A DNA stretch of 64,000 bases from Guillardia theta CCMP2712 (Eukaryota; Protista; Cryptophyta), in NCBI RefSeq assembly GCF_000315625.1, contig NW_005434623.1, positions 22,535 to 86,534 on the forward strand, written 5' to 3'. Made by a program: the position numbers and the translations under genes. The notes below the pieces were generated by a model, which saw only the letters and a list, made by a program, of their open reading frames with translations, did no database searches and had not been told where the DNA came from. This document shows, piece by piece, positions 25,560 to 39,348 of the stretch; positions within the stretch are counted from its first letter, which is position 1; every line of letters begins with the position of its first letter.

Positions 25560-28500
25560 CTTTGTTTCATCCCTCCTCCTCCCCTAGTATCGCCATCATC
25601 GATCGACAGCCATTGAGCCCGAAAGAGCTTTCCTGACGCCAGCATGTTACAAGGAGCCGAAGAGAAGGAGGAAGGAAGGAGGAGGTGGAGGAGAGAAGGA
25701 ATGAGGAGCGATGGAGGGATGAATGAAAGCAGAGAGACACGACGAGGAGCAGAGGAGCACAAGTAAGATACCAGCGCGTTGTCTACGAGGTCTTTCATGC
25801 AGGCAGCCATGAGTTTCGATTCTTGTCTCCCTTCCTCAATCATCTCTCCGACAACACATTCCTGCAAGCTCTTAGCAGTCTCAAGGAACTTCACCTTCCT
25901 CTCACCTTGTCCTTCAGCCCTCCCTCCTCCTCCAGCCTGCTCCCCTCCACCGCTGCCCATACTCGCTTCCCGTTCATACACAGCACCAGAACATCCTCCC
26001 TCTTTCCCTCGTCTGCACGGAAAGCCTTCTTCAACTCTACCTCCTCTCCCTCACCCCCTCGTGTGTCTTCCTTGTCAAGCTGTTCCCCGTGTGCCTCCTC
26101 CCTCTCTGGCACTTTTTCCTCCTGCTCCATCCCACCTGTCCCCACCCGCATCACCCGCAACCGCATCCCGCACGCATTTGCCATGGCCTGCAGCTCCAGC
26201 CCAGCAGTCCAGCCCTCTTCCTCCCGCTCCTCTGCCGCGAGCTCCTGCTCCACCTACCAGCCACTCTCAGCACAAGCGCGGATACCTGTCCTCACCTTCG
26301 CTTGCAGCTCCTCAGCCACCGACTGCACTGACGCGCCCTGCTCGTACCAGCTGGTCGCAGAGGAGGAGGAGGAGCGTCGCAGCGCCAAGGCCAGCGCCAA
26401 GTACGCGCCCTCACGGCTTCTTCCGACACTCTGAGGGACCTGAGCCAGTCATGGGCTGAAGCTGGAGGGCAGCTGGGTCACCTGCACATGTCTGAGCCCC
26501 CACAGCTGGAGCTGGCGATCTCTAGAGCAAGAGGCCTGCAGGAGATTTTCTCCTCCCTGGGCTCAACGTCAGCTGGAGAGGTTGACCGCCTTGTCTGCCA
26601 CCTTGCAGAAGCTGAGAAACTCCTGCTCCTCGGAATCCCACGCCTTGATTAACTTATACCGCACATACTCCACTAGAAGCCACGTGATGAGCGAGGAAGC
26701 CAGTAATTCTAGAATACCTTTTCTCCTCTTGTCTTCAAGCTCCTCCTGATCTTCCTCCCCTCCCCTCCCCTCCTCCCCTCTTCCCCTCTTCCCCTCCCCT
26801 CCCCTCCCCTCTCGCTCCCCNNNNNNNNNNNNNNNNNNNNNNNNNNNNNNNNNNNNNNNNNNNNNNNNNNNNNNNNNNNNNNNNNNNNNNNNNNNNNNNN
26901 NNNNNNNNNNNNNNNNNNNNTCCTCCTTCCTCCCTCCCCTCCCTTCTCGTCCTTCTCCTCCCCTCCCTTCTCCTCCTTCTCCCTCCCCTCCCTTCTCCTC
27001 CTTCTCCTCCCCTCCCTTCTCATCTCTTCTGCCACTCCCTCCCTCTTCCTCTCCCCCTCTCCTCCCCTCCTGCTCCTCTATCTTTTCTGGGATCGCCCAC
27101 TGCCTCTGCCTTCTTCTGTCTTCCCAATTCCCTCCTCTCCCTCCTCCCCTTCACGCATCCTAGTATCCTTAACTCCTCGTCTCCTCTCACTGTCCTCTTG
27201 ATGCCCTTTATTCTTCCTCTCCCCCCCTCCCCTCCTCCTCTTGATCTCTTTCCTCCTCCTGTCCTTCTTTCGCACCTCCTTCATCTCTTGCGGCCAGGCT
27301 TCAGGGATGCACATCGGATTGTCTGTCAACAAACGTGTCAACGACGCTGATTTCGAGCGGACTATGTCGGTGGATACATCGACAGACACCAGTGAACGAC
27401 AAGGCAAGGGGAGACGGAAGGAGGAAGGATTGGGGGAGGCGGGGAGAGGAGGAGATAAAGGAGGAAGAAATGGAGGAGGAAGAGATAGGAGGAGGTGGTG
27501 TGGAGAAGTAGGAGATAATGGAGATAGAGGAGCAGGAGGAGCAGGAGATAGAGGAGAAGGAGGAGCAGGAGATAGAGGAGAAGGAGAAGGAGCAGGAGCA
27601 GAGAATCATTAATCCGATGCTGATTTACCGAGAAGTTCAGAAGCCTCTTGAGCCAAGTGCTTGAATCCAACGTCTTGCCCTGCCGTCAGACTTTTAAATG
27701 CCCTCCACCAGCTGCTTGTCCCCTTCCTACTCCTCCTCTCCTCCTCCTCCTCCTCCTCCTCCTCCTCCTCCTCCTCCTCCTCCTCCTCCTCTGCGTCACC
27801 GTCTTCGATGTTTCCTGTCTCAGGCAGATAAAGTTCCCAGTCCACAAACTGCCAGCGAGTCAGGCGGGGGATTCGCAACATCGCCAGTCACTTTGGGCTT
27901 CGGCAGCCCCAGCACGTCGGATGTGATGAGCTGGTAATCCAGCTCCCCGTCTGACAAGTCAAAGGTCACGAGTGATGAGCGTGCTCTAGAGTCAAGCTCT
28001 AGAGCGAGACTCAATCCCTCACCTCCAGCTTCTTCTTCACAGCCCCCAACGAGCTGAGAATCTTCTGCACGCCACAAGCTCACACATGGAGTTCAAGAGC
28101 AAAAGTCTCAACATCGAGCTCTTCGTCGCTGGTCTTGCCCTTGGAATAGTCCAGCAGATCGTTTTCGTCTTCCTCCTGATGTGCCACCATCATGTCAATG
28201 ACGGTCAAGTCGCAGTCAAGGTCATCATCATCGACGTCTATCAACTCAAATCTTCATGTCATACCCAGTGATGCTGGAAGAAAGCCTTCTGTTCGTCTGC
28301 CACTTGTTTCTTGAGGTCTTCTTCTTCCTTCTCAATGCTAATGAGCTAACATCAAGTCAGGATCTCCCCTCAACAAGGTATCAAGACACAACATCTTGTT
28401 GCAGTTGAACAAGCCTTCTTTCCAACACTTCCTTGTCGGCGTCTTTGGTATCGAGCGCCTGATAGCACGTCACTGTTTGTTTGATCCATGGACTGGTCTC

Positions 28501-30458
28501 AACCTGGTCGCGGAGTTTCTTTACTCGCCCTCGCAGCTCACTCACACTCTGAATCCAATGTTCCACCGCCGNNNNNNNNNNNNNNNNNNNNNNNNNNNNN
28601 NNNNNNNNNNNNNNNNNNNNNNNNNNNNNNNNNNNNNNNNNNNNNNNNNNNNNNNNNNNNNNNNNNNNNNNNNNNNNNNNNNNNNNNNNNNNNNNNNNNN
28701 NNNNNNNNNNNNNNNNNNNNNNNNNNNNNNNNNNNNNNNNNNNNNNNNNNNNNNNNNNNNNNNNNNNNNNNNNNNNNNNNNNNNNNNNNNNNNNNNNNNN
28801 NNNNNNNNNNNNNNNNNNNNNNNNNNNNNNNNNNNNNNNNNNNNNNNNNNNNNNNNNNNNNNNNNNNNNNNNNNNNNNNNNNNNNNNNNNNNNNNNNNNN
28901 NNNNNNNNNNNNNNNNNNNNNNNNNNNNNNNNNNNNNNNNNNNNNNNNNNNNNNNNNNNNNNNNNNNNNNNNNNNNNNNNNNNNNNNNNNNNNNNNNNNN
29001 NNNNNNNNNNNNNNNNNNNNNNNNNNNNNNNNNNNNNNNNNNNNNNNNNNNNNNNNNNNNNNNNNNNNNNNNNNNNNNNNNNNNNNNNNNNNNNNNNNNN
29101 NNNNNNNNNNNNNNNNNNNNNNNNNNNNNNNNNNNNNNNNNNNNNNNNNNNNNNNNNNNNNNNNNNNNNNNNNNNNNNNNNNNNNNNNNNNNNNNNNNNN
29201 NNNNNNNNNNNNNNNNNNNNNNNNNNNNNNNNNNNNNNNNNNNNNNNNNNNNNNNNNNNNNNNNNNNNNNNNNNNNNNNNNNNNNNNNNNNNNNNNNNNN
29301 NNNNNNNNNNNNNNNNNNNNNNNNNNNNNNNNNNNNNNNNNNNNNNNNNNNNNNNNNNNNNNNNNNNNNNNNNNNNNNNNNNNNNNNNNNNNNNNNNNNN
29401 NNNNNNNNNAGAGAAGAAGAGGGAAGACGGGAGGGGAGGAGAGAAGAAGAGGGAAGACGGGAGGGGAGGAGAGAAGAAGAGGGGACACGGGAGGGGAGGC
29501 GAGAAGAAGAGGGAAGACGGGAGGGGAGGAGAGAAGAAGAGGAAAGACGGGAGGGGAGGGCAAGAGGGGCGAGGGCAGGCAAGAGAGATAGTGAACGAGG
29601 AGTTAGGAGGGGAAACAGAAGAGAGAGGAGGAGGGGGAAGGAAAGGACGACGAGGGGGAGGAGGGAGGAGAGGGAAGGAGTACGGAGGAGAGGAGTGGAG
29701 AGAGGAGTGATCGAAGGTCAACAAGGAGAGGAGGGGAGAGGACGATGCCTGCTGTAGAACGCGGCATTTTCTTGCTGGAGGGGCATCCTTGTCCTGCGCA
29801 GCCTCAATCGCACTAGAAGGTTTCAGCGTAGCGTTGGGAGCGCTGATGCTGATGCTCGTCGCCGTTGACTCCGGCGGCCTCTCGTCCCGCCCGTCGCTCC
29901 TTCCACCTGCTCCAGCTGCTGGCAAGAGGGGAGACGATTGGGCAGCAGGGGCCTGCGGTGTCCTGTCGTCCTCCTCCGATGAGATGGAGAGGAGTTGACC
30001 TGTTCATGGGAAGCCAAGTCAGCACGAGGACGGGAGAGAAGAATGAAAGAAATGGGGGGAAAGAGAGGAGGAGGAGGAGGCGAGGGGGTGAGAAGTGCGG
30101 GGGCGGAGTAGAGTAAACAGTGGGAGGACGAGGAGGAGGACAGCAGTGGAAACGCGAAGGAAAAGGAATTGAAGAAAAGCAAGAGGGGAGGAGAGGGGGA
30201 GGTACAGATGTCGAATGAGCAGAGGAGGAACTGGCTAGGAGGGAAGATGTTAACCTTTCAGCAAGGAGGAGAAGAGGTCAAGTCGGAAACATTCAATCTC
30301 AGCAGCTGTGATGACGTAGCTGCGACAAAACATTCAGAACCTCCTCGCTCTCGCCCCTCCCTTGCCCAATGTCCTCGCTTCTTCTCTCCTCTCCCTTCCG
30401 TCCTCAATGCACATCGTTGACTCCCGTTTGCAAACCTCCTCCTGCTCCTGCCCCTGCC

Positions 30459-30547
<89 letters not shown>

Positions 30548-30867
30548 CCTCCTTGCTCCCTGCTCCCTCCTCCTCAGCTGCAAGCGTCCTCTTCAACTCT
30601 CCTCCACTACCTTGCAATTGTCCATATCCACATCTTGATGCTTCCCAGCAGTCCTTGGCTGCCCCCGCTCAGTCTCAGCAGGTCGAAATTGGTCGAGCTC
30701 GAGACGAGAGACGCTGGTAGTTGCTCCCTCCATATATCCTGCTGCCTTCTAGCCCTCACGCGTTGAGCGGGCAGCTCAGGATAGCTGACTTGAACCCTGC
30801 CCAACGCTGTTGACGCTAAAGGTTCAGAGAGGAGGAGGAGGACGGCGAAGAGGAGGGCTTGATTCAT
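25560..30867 (-). CDS. Uncharacterised multi-exon gene with predicted signal peptide and acidic/coiled-coil middle; spans two gaps
   Basis: MNQALLFAVLLLLSEPLAS leader; exon blocks SELRGRVKKLRDQVE..KEVLERRLVQLQQ, ELIDVDDDDLDCDL and FVDWELYLPETGNIEDG. It could be more than one gene; ends are approximate. Confidence 0.4.
26821..26920. other. Assembly gap (100 N) in a polypyrimidine tract
   Basis: N run. Confidence 0.99.
28572..29409. other. Assembly gap (838 N) adjoining a 30-bp purine-rich minisatellite (29410-29560)
   Basis: N run followed by ~5 units of AGAGAAGAAGAGGGAAGACGGGAGGGGAGG. Confidence 0.97.
30441..30546. repeat. (CTCCTG)n hexanucleotide repeat
   Basis: Directly visible; it gives spurious PA/SC/RS-repeat ORFs. 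Confidence 0.95.
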
Positions 30868-31602
30868 GTGTGTGCAGGTGTGCATCAGGGTCTTTCCCGT
30901 CTTGGCATTGTTCGCGCGCGGCTACACATCTGTCTGGTATCGTTCTGCCTGCTATAAGAATGTGAGCAATATGAATCCCCTCCCTTTCTATTCCTCTTCC
31001 CTCCATACTTCCTCTCCTTGCTATCTTATCTCCATCACCTCTGATCTCCTCCTCTCTACCCTCTCTTACCATCTCTCCTCTCCTCTCCTCTCCTCTCCTC
31101 TCCTCTCCTCTCCTCTCCTCTCCTCTCCTCTCTCCTCCTCTCCTCTCCTCTCCTCTGCTCTCTCCTCCTCTCCTCCCTCCTTCGCCTCCCCTTTGAGCAA
31201 AAGCCCTCAAGCATCCAATCGTTTCATCTCGGCCTCGCCATTGCGTCCTGTAACGGTTGTTGCCTCCGTTATTTTCCGAGAGCGCACCGTCCCGGCGTAT
31301 AGACCGTAGGGTTTAGGTTAACTCAGTTAACTTTGACTGAGTAAAGTTTATCGACCGTAGGGAACCGAATCTTAACTTCAAGTTGAGTAAAGAGATATTA
31401 CTAGTAGCCTACTGGTTTTTAACTTAACTTTGAGTAAAGAGATAGTACTAGTGACCGTAATCCGCCGCGGCATAGCACTGCCGCAGTGCATTGGTCCGAA
31501 TGCCATGAACTTGAAAACTTGCGACAGAGAGAATCACAACTGAAACATTCCAAGAACAACGCTTCCCTCCCTCCCCTCCCGACTCATTTCCCCTCGCCTT
31601 CA

Positions 31603-31741
31603 CCTTCCCTCGCCTTCCCTCGCCTTCCCTCGCCTTCCCTCGCCTTCCCTCGCCTTCCCTCGCCTTCCCTCGCCTTCCGGGCCCTCGTCTTCCCTCGCCT
31701 TCCCTCGCCTTCCCTCGCCTTCCCTCGCCTTCCCTCGCCTT
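31603..31741. repeat. (CCTTCCCTCG)n decamer minisatellite at the edge of duplicated block A
   Basis: About 13 units, directly visible. Confidence 0.95.
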
Positions 31742-31772
31742 CGGAAGTTCCGGAGTCCTGTCCATGAGGGCT

Positions 31773-33271
31773 TCTCCCCCCTCCTATCTTCTTCCTCTTC
31801 CTTCTCCCTACTGGGCTATCCTTCCCCATCTCTCTTCCTCGCCTTCCTCACCCATCGCAGGGGACCTTGGACGCCATCAGCTTGAGCAGCAAGGAGCATG
31901 TCAGCGCTTACCTCCTGACATGTGCCAGGCTCACAGTCAAAGATTCCCCTTGTACCTCGCCTTCGCTCCTCTACGCCATGAAGCCCTTGGGCGGCTCCCG
32001 TACCCTCATCGTCATACCTCCCTCCCTCCCTCCCTCCCTTCCTCTCATGCTCTGCTCTTTCCCCTCATGCCTTCATCAGGAGGTCTCCTCGTGTTAACAA
32101 GCTGCAACTTTGCTGGGGAGGAGCTGGAACATCTGCTGGAGGAGACGAAGAGGTTCAAGCGAGCTGGGGGGCTTTCATACCCGACCATCGAGTTCGGAGG
32201 GAGACGAGGGTCGAGAGTGGTGTCGCAAGCGTACACAAGGATCTGAGCGAGTGAAGTGAGAGGAGGAGAGCAAGAGACGAACAGGTGTTTCATTGTACAT
32301 GTGAGCTAGAATACATGACAGCATAAGGCTGTCCCCCGTGAACCAGACTAGGTCACGTGAGCCTCACTCCAGATGGCAAGCTGATCGCTCGATGGTGCTT
32401 GAGGGAGACGTTCTTGTGAGTGTACAAGTCCTTCGTGATCTTGAGCTGCAGGCAGGACCATAAGAGATTGCAACGCTGCACTGTCAGACTTACAGTCTCT
32501 ATCTTCCCTCTGATCCTGATCTTCCTTTCCTCCACCTTGTCCAGCAAGTCTGCAACAAGGCTCGGTCAGCTCTCATGCAGCCCGCCATGCACGGAGGGGA
32601 CTCACCGAGAACGCTGGTGGCAAGGGAGTGCTTGAAGAAATGCTGGATCATGTTGCACTCGTCCATCTCTGATTGCAGCTTCTTGAGGGAGGCCTCCACT
32701 CGAATGATCTCCTCCGCATCCAAGTGCTTGTTTGACTTTCTGCTCATCCTGCAGGACCTCTTCCCGCCTTCCCTCCTCCTTTCCTTTTTTCCCCGCGTGC
32801 AGCGCGACGGTAATCTGATGCTTGATGGCCTCGCTGCCCGCAGTGAAAGCAGCGAGCTTCTGTGCGCTCTCGGTTAGGGCAGACCTGACTTGTTGCCGGT
32901 CCTTGGACGGGTCGCCTTCTTTGCCTGTTGCTGCCGTCCCGGTGGAATCTTCTCTCCTGATCCTCTGCGCATGTCCAGGCTTGTGCTTCCGGCCTATCTT
33001 GAGAGACAGGCTGTGGTGAACGCATGGAAGTGTCGATGCTCAGCAGAGCTGCAAGACTGAGCTCGTCACGATGAGTCTCATAGGATGCATTAAGGAGCGA
33101 CTGACTGATATGCGACCCGTCGTATGACGCGGTCATGGAGGAATTCTAATCCACCAGGCAGGAGCTGAAGGAGCTCCTTGAGTACCTCTGTCCGTGCGTT
33201 GTATGTGGCAAATGATTGGCTGGGCTCCTGTTGGCCGCGACAACCGTTGTGATGCTATGCAACTGATTGGG
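31773..33271. repeat. Duplicated block, copy A (inverted relative to 48555-50050 and 41273-42230)
   Basis: Near-identical reverse complement of 48555-50050; the same ORF peptides recur in the ORF track. Confidence 0.95.
31861..32246 (+). pseudogene. 5'-truncated copy of the METTL10/Efm4-like methyltransferase (last exons only)
   Basis: GTLDAISL...GGLLVLTSCNF...YPTIEFGGRRGS is present. The upstream exons carrying motif I (LDVGTGNG) are absent here. Confidence 0.8.
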
Positions 33272-33302
33272 CCGCGACTTGTAAATTCACTCGACTTCTA
33301 GA

Positions 33303-33341
<39 letters not shown>

Positions 33342-34060
33342 ACCTCTGTACCACCCAGATCCTCGCGAGCACATCCTTCTGCGGGGTCTGCCTGGCGGTA
33401 TCCAACTCAACCCAGGCAAGTTGTTGATTTGAGCCATGAGTAGAGCATGGGCATCCATGACTGGAAGAGCAGATAGAGCTTGGCATGCCAATCGCCCCGG
33501 ATGCCGGGAGAGACGCTACTTGCTGAGCCAGGTCTTCCAACGATTTTATCCCCACTGAATGCGTGAAGGTGCGGTTGTCCTTGTTCATCAGCATCCCCCT
33601 CGGATCGTCAGTCATTATCTGAAAGCTGTTGTTGAGAGACCTGCTCGGAAGCAGATAGGCGAGCGTTGTACAACATTCAGTAGTCCAGAGGTCATAAAGC
33701 AAACAATTGGGTAGGGGGGAACACTTGAAAGGAATTTCACAAGTCACTACACTAACACTCAACGCAACCAAATTCGGGTAACACTCCGAAGCTGTATGCA
33801 GACGTCTACAGCAAATGTTCAAGGCACCTTCGCTGGATCATATTCAAAGGTGAATAGTAGACATATGAATTTTATTGATAACATGAACACACTCCAGTAC
33901 AGGAAATACCTCCCGTACGTTGCACAATCTGTTGCTGAACACGGGTTGTACACCAGAGACCCAGTAGCCGTTCAAGTCCTTGCGGCCATTGTGGCTGTAA
34001 GAGAAGGCCATAGCTTCTCTTGCTGCTACACACTCCTGCTCAATGAGATTCCTTCCTGCG
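32353..34060 (-). CDS. Uncharacterised multi-exon coiled-coil gene ('gene X'), tail-to-tail with the methyltransferase fragment
   Basis: Terminal exons RMSRKSNKHLDAEEIIRVEASLKKLQSEMDE.., LLDKVEERKIRIRGKIET and LKITKDLY..GVRLT*, plus same-strand upstream exon-like blocks at 33340-34060. The start was not located. Confidence 0.5.
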
Positions 34061-34112
34061 AAGGCTTGAGCTCACCTCCGCAGAGCTCTGATAAAGCGAT
34101 GAGACCAGTTTG

Positions 34113-36566
34113 CTACTGTGTGACCACAACGTCGCTGGTGACATTGAAGCCGGGGGTTGGCTTCTTCCCTCCCAGAAAGCTGAAGCAGCCAACCCGGGGA
34201 GGAGCAGCCTTCCCTGGCTTCATGGCATAGTCAGCGTCATCCTCTAAGGCAACGAAAGCAGCAGCAGCCTTCTGAACCATCGCCTCCTTCTCCGCTCTCC
34301 GATCTATCCAACCCACAGCTTCCCCCTTCGCCTGCTTCCTCACGCAGCTTCCGTATGCCTGGTGCACCAGGGCATGGAGGGTCTTCCTCATGTCGGCTCG
34401 CTGCCCTGGGGTCATCGCCCGCCAGTTGTGCGCTGCCTCCTTCTTCACTCCCTCGATGCTCGGCATGCTGCTCGCGTACCGGCTCGCCCGATGCATCTTG
34501 AGGCTGGTGATGTGGATCCAGACCTCGTACAGGCACAGCCCGTGGGTCATGTAGTAGTACTCCGAGGGGAGCTCGCTGCTCTCGTACACGTTGAGTGTCT
34601 TCATTGGAGCCGGCCAGGACCCGGCCCGCAGGTTGTCCACTGCGTCCTTGGAGGAGAGGAGCCAGCTGGTGCACACGGCCTCGGGGCTTCGGAACCCCAA
34701 GGTCGTCCCTTGGACACTTCCGGCCTGCACCAGGGCCTCCGCGTCTCTCACGATGGACTTGGCCTGCTCGAAGTAGTTGTCGATCTCCTCCGGAGTGAGG
34801 ACTTGCGCTTTGTCAGCTCCCTGGCTGTAGCTCGTGAAGAAGGAGATGTTTCTGAGAGAGGCTGCCTCCTTCACCAGCTTGTTCTCGCTCCCCGTGTAGT
34901 GCCACTCGCCCGTGTTCACGTCGAGCTTGTAGAAGGGCAGCAGCTTCCACCCGTGCTCTGCGACGAACAGAACGGCGTCGATGAGGAAGCGAGCCACGTG
35001 GGGAGAGATGAAGAAGTTGAAATTGATGCGAATAAAGCCCGGCTTGATCCCTTCCTCTCCTTGCAGTACCGTCTGCTCTAGGCACAACGCGGACGTGGGA
35101 GAGATGTTGAACAGTTTCTGCGCGTAAGGACCAGCGCAGGAGCAGCCTGCTCGGCCTTGCACGCCGAAGAGATCGTTGAGGAGAGAAGCGACGAAGTTGT
35201 GATGAACCAGCTTGTTCCCATGTGCAACAACGAAGGAGACGATGCTCAGTCGCGCGACGCTCGTGTCCCCAAGAATGATGATACTCTTATTCGCCTTCCA
35301 GGCAGCAAGGGCTTGAGACCAGTAGTGGTGCTCTCTCTCCACAATCGTGCTCGGCCCTACCTCCATCTTCAGTCGGAACACCAGCCCGCACCGGATCGCT
35401 CCTACAATCTCCGGCGTCCCTCCCTCCTCCCTCTCCTCCACCGAGTCCAGGTACCGATGCTCCAAGTTGGATACGAACAGGACGGTCCCTCCGGCAGGTG
35501 TGACCGGAGCTCCACGATTCTTGCAGGGCTCATACAGGGAGTCCTTTTTGAACACGAGGACCCCGGGGGTCGACGGCCCCCCCACGAACTTGTGCGGAGA
35601 GATGAAGACAGCGTCCTTGTACGCCAGAGGCCTCGAGGGGTTCATGTCGATGTCCACGTAGGGCCCAGCAGCCGCGTAGTCGAAGAAGGCGAGGGCTCCG
35701 TGCTCGTGAAGAACAGTCGCAACCGCCTCCACGTCCGTCAGGATCCCCGTAACGTTGGAGGCAGCCGAGAAAGATCCGACCTTGATGCGGCGGCTCTGGT
35801 ACTGCCGCAGGACTCTCCTGAGATGGTCCAAGTCCACCTGGCCCGTTGCGTTCAGCTGCACCTCCACCACGTCTGCGCCGCTCTCGCGCCATGGCAGGAT
35901 GTTGGAGTGATGCTCGTACGGCCCGATGAGGACTAGGGGGGCCTCCGGGGTGCCGGCCGAGTCTTTCCAGTCCTGGCGATGCATCAGTAGCTGTGCAGTC
36001 TTGTAGATCGCAGCCGTGCAGCCGGAGCCTGTGAACACCACGACGTCCTTGTCTTTGCGCCCGTTGACGCTCTCGAGGATGATGTGCCGTGCTTCTTCAC
36101 GGTACTTGGAGGTCTGCCGCCCCGTATGCGACACAGTCGTGTGCGTGTTGGCGTAGTGCGGGAGGACTGTGTTCCTGATCGCATCCTCGATGAAGGTGAG
36201 AGATCGACCGGATGCTGTGTAGTCGGCATACGTCAGCTTCCGCGGGCCGAATGGTGTGTGAATGGGCATGCCGGCGCCGATCACCGATTGCTCGATGTGG
36301 CTGACAAGGCTTTTCTTCTCCGCTAACAAGGTGGACGCCATGGAGGCCGATCGGCTGATGTTGTCCGACCTCTGCTGGGGCTCAGGGGACAAAGAGAGCT
36401 TGCTGAGGTGGCTCACAGCTACTTCAGCTCTGATCGGCTCCCACTGGAGGGTCGACAGTGAACCGAAGTTTGTCCCGACCTCAAGAACATCGGATTCTGA
36501 GATGTTGACAGAGGGAGGAGACGACGACGAGGTCATGATGCTGACAGGAGTAGGTGTGACTATCAT
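34113..36566 (-). CDS. Class V PLP-dependent enzyme (cysteine desulfurase-like aminotransferase), 817 aa, no coding introns, copy 1
   Basis: [39 protein letters not shown]-lysine SPHKF, EEGGTP and RAGCSCAG (candidate catalytic Cys), plus a ~200 aa C-terminal extension. Confidence 0.9.
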   Translation of the reverse strand: MIVTPTPVSIMTSSSSPPSVNISESDVLEVGTNFGSLSTLQWEPIRAEVAVSHLSKLSLSPEPQQRSDNISRSASMASTLLAEKKSLVSHIEQSVIGAGMPIHTPFGPRKLTYADYTASGRSLTFIEDAIRNTVLPHYANTHTTVSHTGRQTSKYREEARHIILESVNGRKDKDVVVFTGSGCTAAIYKTAQLLMHRQDWKDSAGTPEAPLVLIGPYEHHSNILPWRESGADVVEVQLNATGQVDLDHLRRVLRQYQSRRIKVGSFSAASNVTGILTDVEAVATVLHEHGALAFFDYAAAGPYVDIDMNPSRPLAYKDAVFISPHKFVGGPSTPGVLVFKKDSLYEPCKNRGAPVTPAGGTVLFVSNLEHRYLDSVEEREEGGTPEIVGAIRCGLVFRLKMEVGPSTIVEREHHYWSQALAAWKANKSIIILGDTSVARLSIVSFVVAHGNKLVHHNFVASLLNDLFGVQGRAGCSCAGPYAQKLFNISPTSALCLEQTVLQGEEGIKPGFIRINFNFFISPHVARFLIDAVLFVAEHGWKLLPFYKLDVNTGEWHYTGSENKLVKEAASLRNISFFTSYSQGADKAQVLTPEEIDNYFEQAKSIVRDAEALVQAGSVQGTTLGFRSPEAVCTSWLLSSKDAVDNLRAGSWPAPMKTLNVYESSELPSEYYYMTHGLCLYEVWIHITSLKMHRASRYASSMPSIEGVKKEAAHNWRAMTPGQRADMRKTLHALVHQAYGSCVRKQAKGEAVGWIDRRAEKEAMVQKAAAAFVALEDDADYAMKPGKAAPPRVGCFSFLGGKKPTPGFNVTSDVVVTQ

Positions 36567-37351
36567 TCACCTGGGAAACAAAAGGATCAATGGGGCTTCA
36601 AAGACAGAGATACGGGATGTTTCCTTGTGTGTGCGATTCTCTTCACGCACACTTGCTGTCTACAGTAATGAAATTGTACATCTCCTCCCTCTGACGACCT
36701 TGCGTAAATAGCGCTAGGCAGTGCAGTCGTAATTGTGTATGGGCTTCAAGGACAACAGCTCACACTCGCATAAGGTCTCAGTCCTCGCTACGTATCCCCT
36801 CCTTTCCTTCGACCTTGATCTACACTGTTCCTTCCAACTGCCCTTGAACTGCGAAGCGACTTTCTGCGGCAACCCGTACCAACAACTTACCTGTAAACGA
36901 GGTCGTTTGCCTAGTACATACCCACCCCCCCGTTGCAGGTAAAGGACGGGTACACACTCACGAGCTACGAACGACCTTGGACCCCACCCCCTTTTCCCTG
37001 AGCTTTTAGCACAGTATACCACCCCTTCAGAAGTTAAGGTTTCATATGAGTGAATGGGTGCAGTCCATTGGGTGGTTTGCAACAATATCATGACCCCCTA
37101 CCCCCTCTTAGACCTGACGAGGGGTGGGTCCAGTACCGCACGTCCGTGATTGTCTGTGACAAAATTAACTTGTTTGCCAGGTGTAGCATGGTAGAGAAAG
37201 ACACCGAGTATGATCTACTATTCATCACTCTATTTATGATTGCTGCCCCCGATGGAGTCCTGAGGCAGCTCTCAAGTTTTTGATAAAAAAAATGAAAAAG
37301 TCGATGGGTCGAGGGGTGCAAGGAGGAAGAAACCCTAGCACGACCTGAGAC

Positions 37352-39348
37352 ATGCTGGGAGCAGCAGGAGCTTCTGATCTAGTGGCGCTCAGCATCGACC
37401 ATCCGAGGGAGATGCTCCATGGTATCGAACAGAGGGAAGCGATACATGCCCAGATGCAGGAGGTACATCGCAACAACCTGTAAGTAGCTTGCTCCCGACT
37501 TGTACGGTGAGCTTACCTTGTTCCTTCAGGTTGAGAGGCGCCTCCTCCGCCAACTCCCTCGCATACAAGGCCCTCCACATCAACCCCGTCACCCTCTCGT
37601 GGAAGGACCTCACCTACGACGTCCGCGTGAGCCGTAAGAACCCTCAGACCGGTCAGAGCGAGGTCATCGACAAGCGCATCCTCGATAGCATCTCCGGCAT
37701 CGTCCGGCCCGGGGAGATGCTCGCCATCTGCGGGCCCTCGGGAGGCGGCAAGACCACCCTGCTCGACGCCATCGCCGGGAGGATCGACCCCAACCGCAAG
37801 GGCAGGAAGTTCTCCGGCGACGTGCTGGTCAATGGCAAGGTGCGAGACGACACGTTCAGCATGGTGGCGTCGTACGTGCAGCAGGAGTACGCGCTGCAGA
37901 CGCCCTTCACGGTCAAGGAGACGATGGCGTACGCGGCGGACCTGCTCATCCCGCACTCGGAGAGCACAAGGGAGGAGCGGAGGATGCGGGCGGAGAACGT
38001 GATCCATGTGCTGGGGCTGGACTCGTGCACCAACACGATCGTAGGAGACGTGTTCCGCAAGGGGCTGAGCGGAGGGCAGCTCCGCCGCCTGTCGATCGCG
38101 GTGGAGCTGGTGCGGAACCCCTCCATCCTACTGCTGGACGAGCCGACGTCAGGCCTCGACTCGGCGGCGGCAGAGAACATCATGGGCCACTTGTCGCACC
38201 TGGCCAAGATGGGGACGACGGTGGTGTGCACTATCCACCAGCCTCCGTCAGAGGTGTGGGCGAACTTCGACAAATTCTGTCTGCTGTCGCAGGGCAAGTG
38301 CCTCTACTTCGGGGCGGCAAGCGACTCTGTGGACTACTTTGGACGGATGGGGTATCCCTGCCCGGGGCTTTCGAACCCGGCAGACTTCTTCCTGAGGCTG
38401 GCCAACACGGACTTCGAGGGTCACGCGGACATCGAGGCGCTCTCGACAGGCTTCAAGACCCAGCCCGAGGGCATGGCGCTCGCGACGGGGCTGACCAGGC
38501 CCATCGACCACCAGGTGCACCCGCACAAGAAGACCAACGGGTTCCTGGTGCAGCTGATGATTCTGTCGCACCGAGCCTTCTTCAACAACGCGCGTAACCC
38601 GGGTATCTTCCTCGTCCGCCTCATCATGTACATCATGCTCTGCGCTATGATCGGCTTCATGTTCTGGGACCTCCAGCTGGGGCCGTCGGACATCAACAGT
38701 CGCATCACCATGCTCTTCTACGTCGCGGCTTTCCTGGTGTTCATGTCGGTGGCGGTGCTGCCCTTCTTCATCGTGGAGCGAGCTGTGTTCCTACGCGAGC
38801 GAGCCAACGGCTGGTACATGGTGCCGGCCTACGTGCTGGCGACGTTCCTCATGTCGTTGCCGGGGCTCTTCATCATCTCGCTGGTGAGCACGTTGCTGGT
38901 GGTGCTGCCGTCGGGGCTCAACGGGTTTGGGGTGTTCCTGGTGGATCTTTTCCTGTCGCTGGTAGCAGCGGAGGCGTTCATGTGCGTGGTGGCGTCGGTG
39001 GTGCCTCACTACATCATCGGGATCGCGCTGGGGGCAGCGGTGTACGGCTTCTTCATGTTGTGCGAGGGCTTCATGAAGATCAAGGACGACATCCCGGACT
39101 ACTTCATCTGGGGGTACTACATCGCGTTCCACACCTACTCTTTCAGGGCGTTCATGGTAAACGAGTTTGAGGGCATCAAGTACTTTGTCAACAGCCCGCA
39201 GTTTGCGGACGGGAAGGCGGTGCTGAAGTTCTACAACATGGAGGACAAGCCTGTGTGGAAGGATCTTGTAGTGCTTGCGGGGTATGCGCTGGGTCTGCAG
39301 CTGATCTTCGGGACAATCCTGCAGGTGTTCCACAAGGGGAAGCGGTGA
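37352..39348 (+). CDS. ABCG half transporter, copy 3 (exons 37352-37479, 37530-39348), divergent from PLP enzyme copy 1
   Basis: Same NBD/TMD motifs. The phase-2 intron sits at the same position as in copies 1 and 2, and splicing keeps the frame. Confidence 0.95.

Noticed and set aside
28381-29925. 340-510 aa ORFs
   Set aside because: Artefacts of reading through the 838-N gap and flanking repeats.
31308-31320. TAGGGTTTAGG telomere-like word, and TTAGGG at the LTR start
   Set aside because: Under two units; no array.
29410-31741. Regular 30-bp and 10-bp repeats as a possible CRISPR array
   Set aside because: Tandem units with no unique spacers, eukaryotic context and no cas genes.
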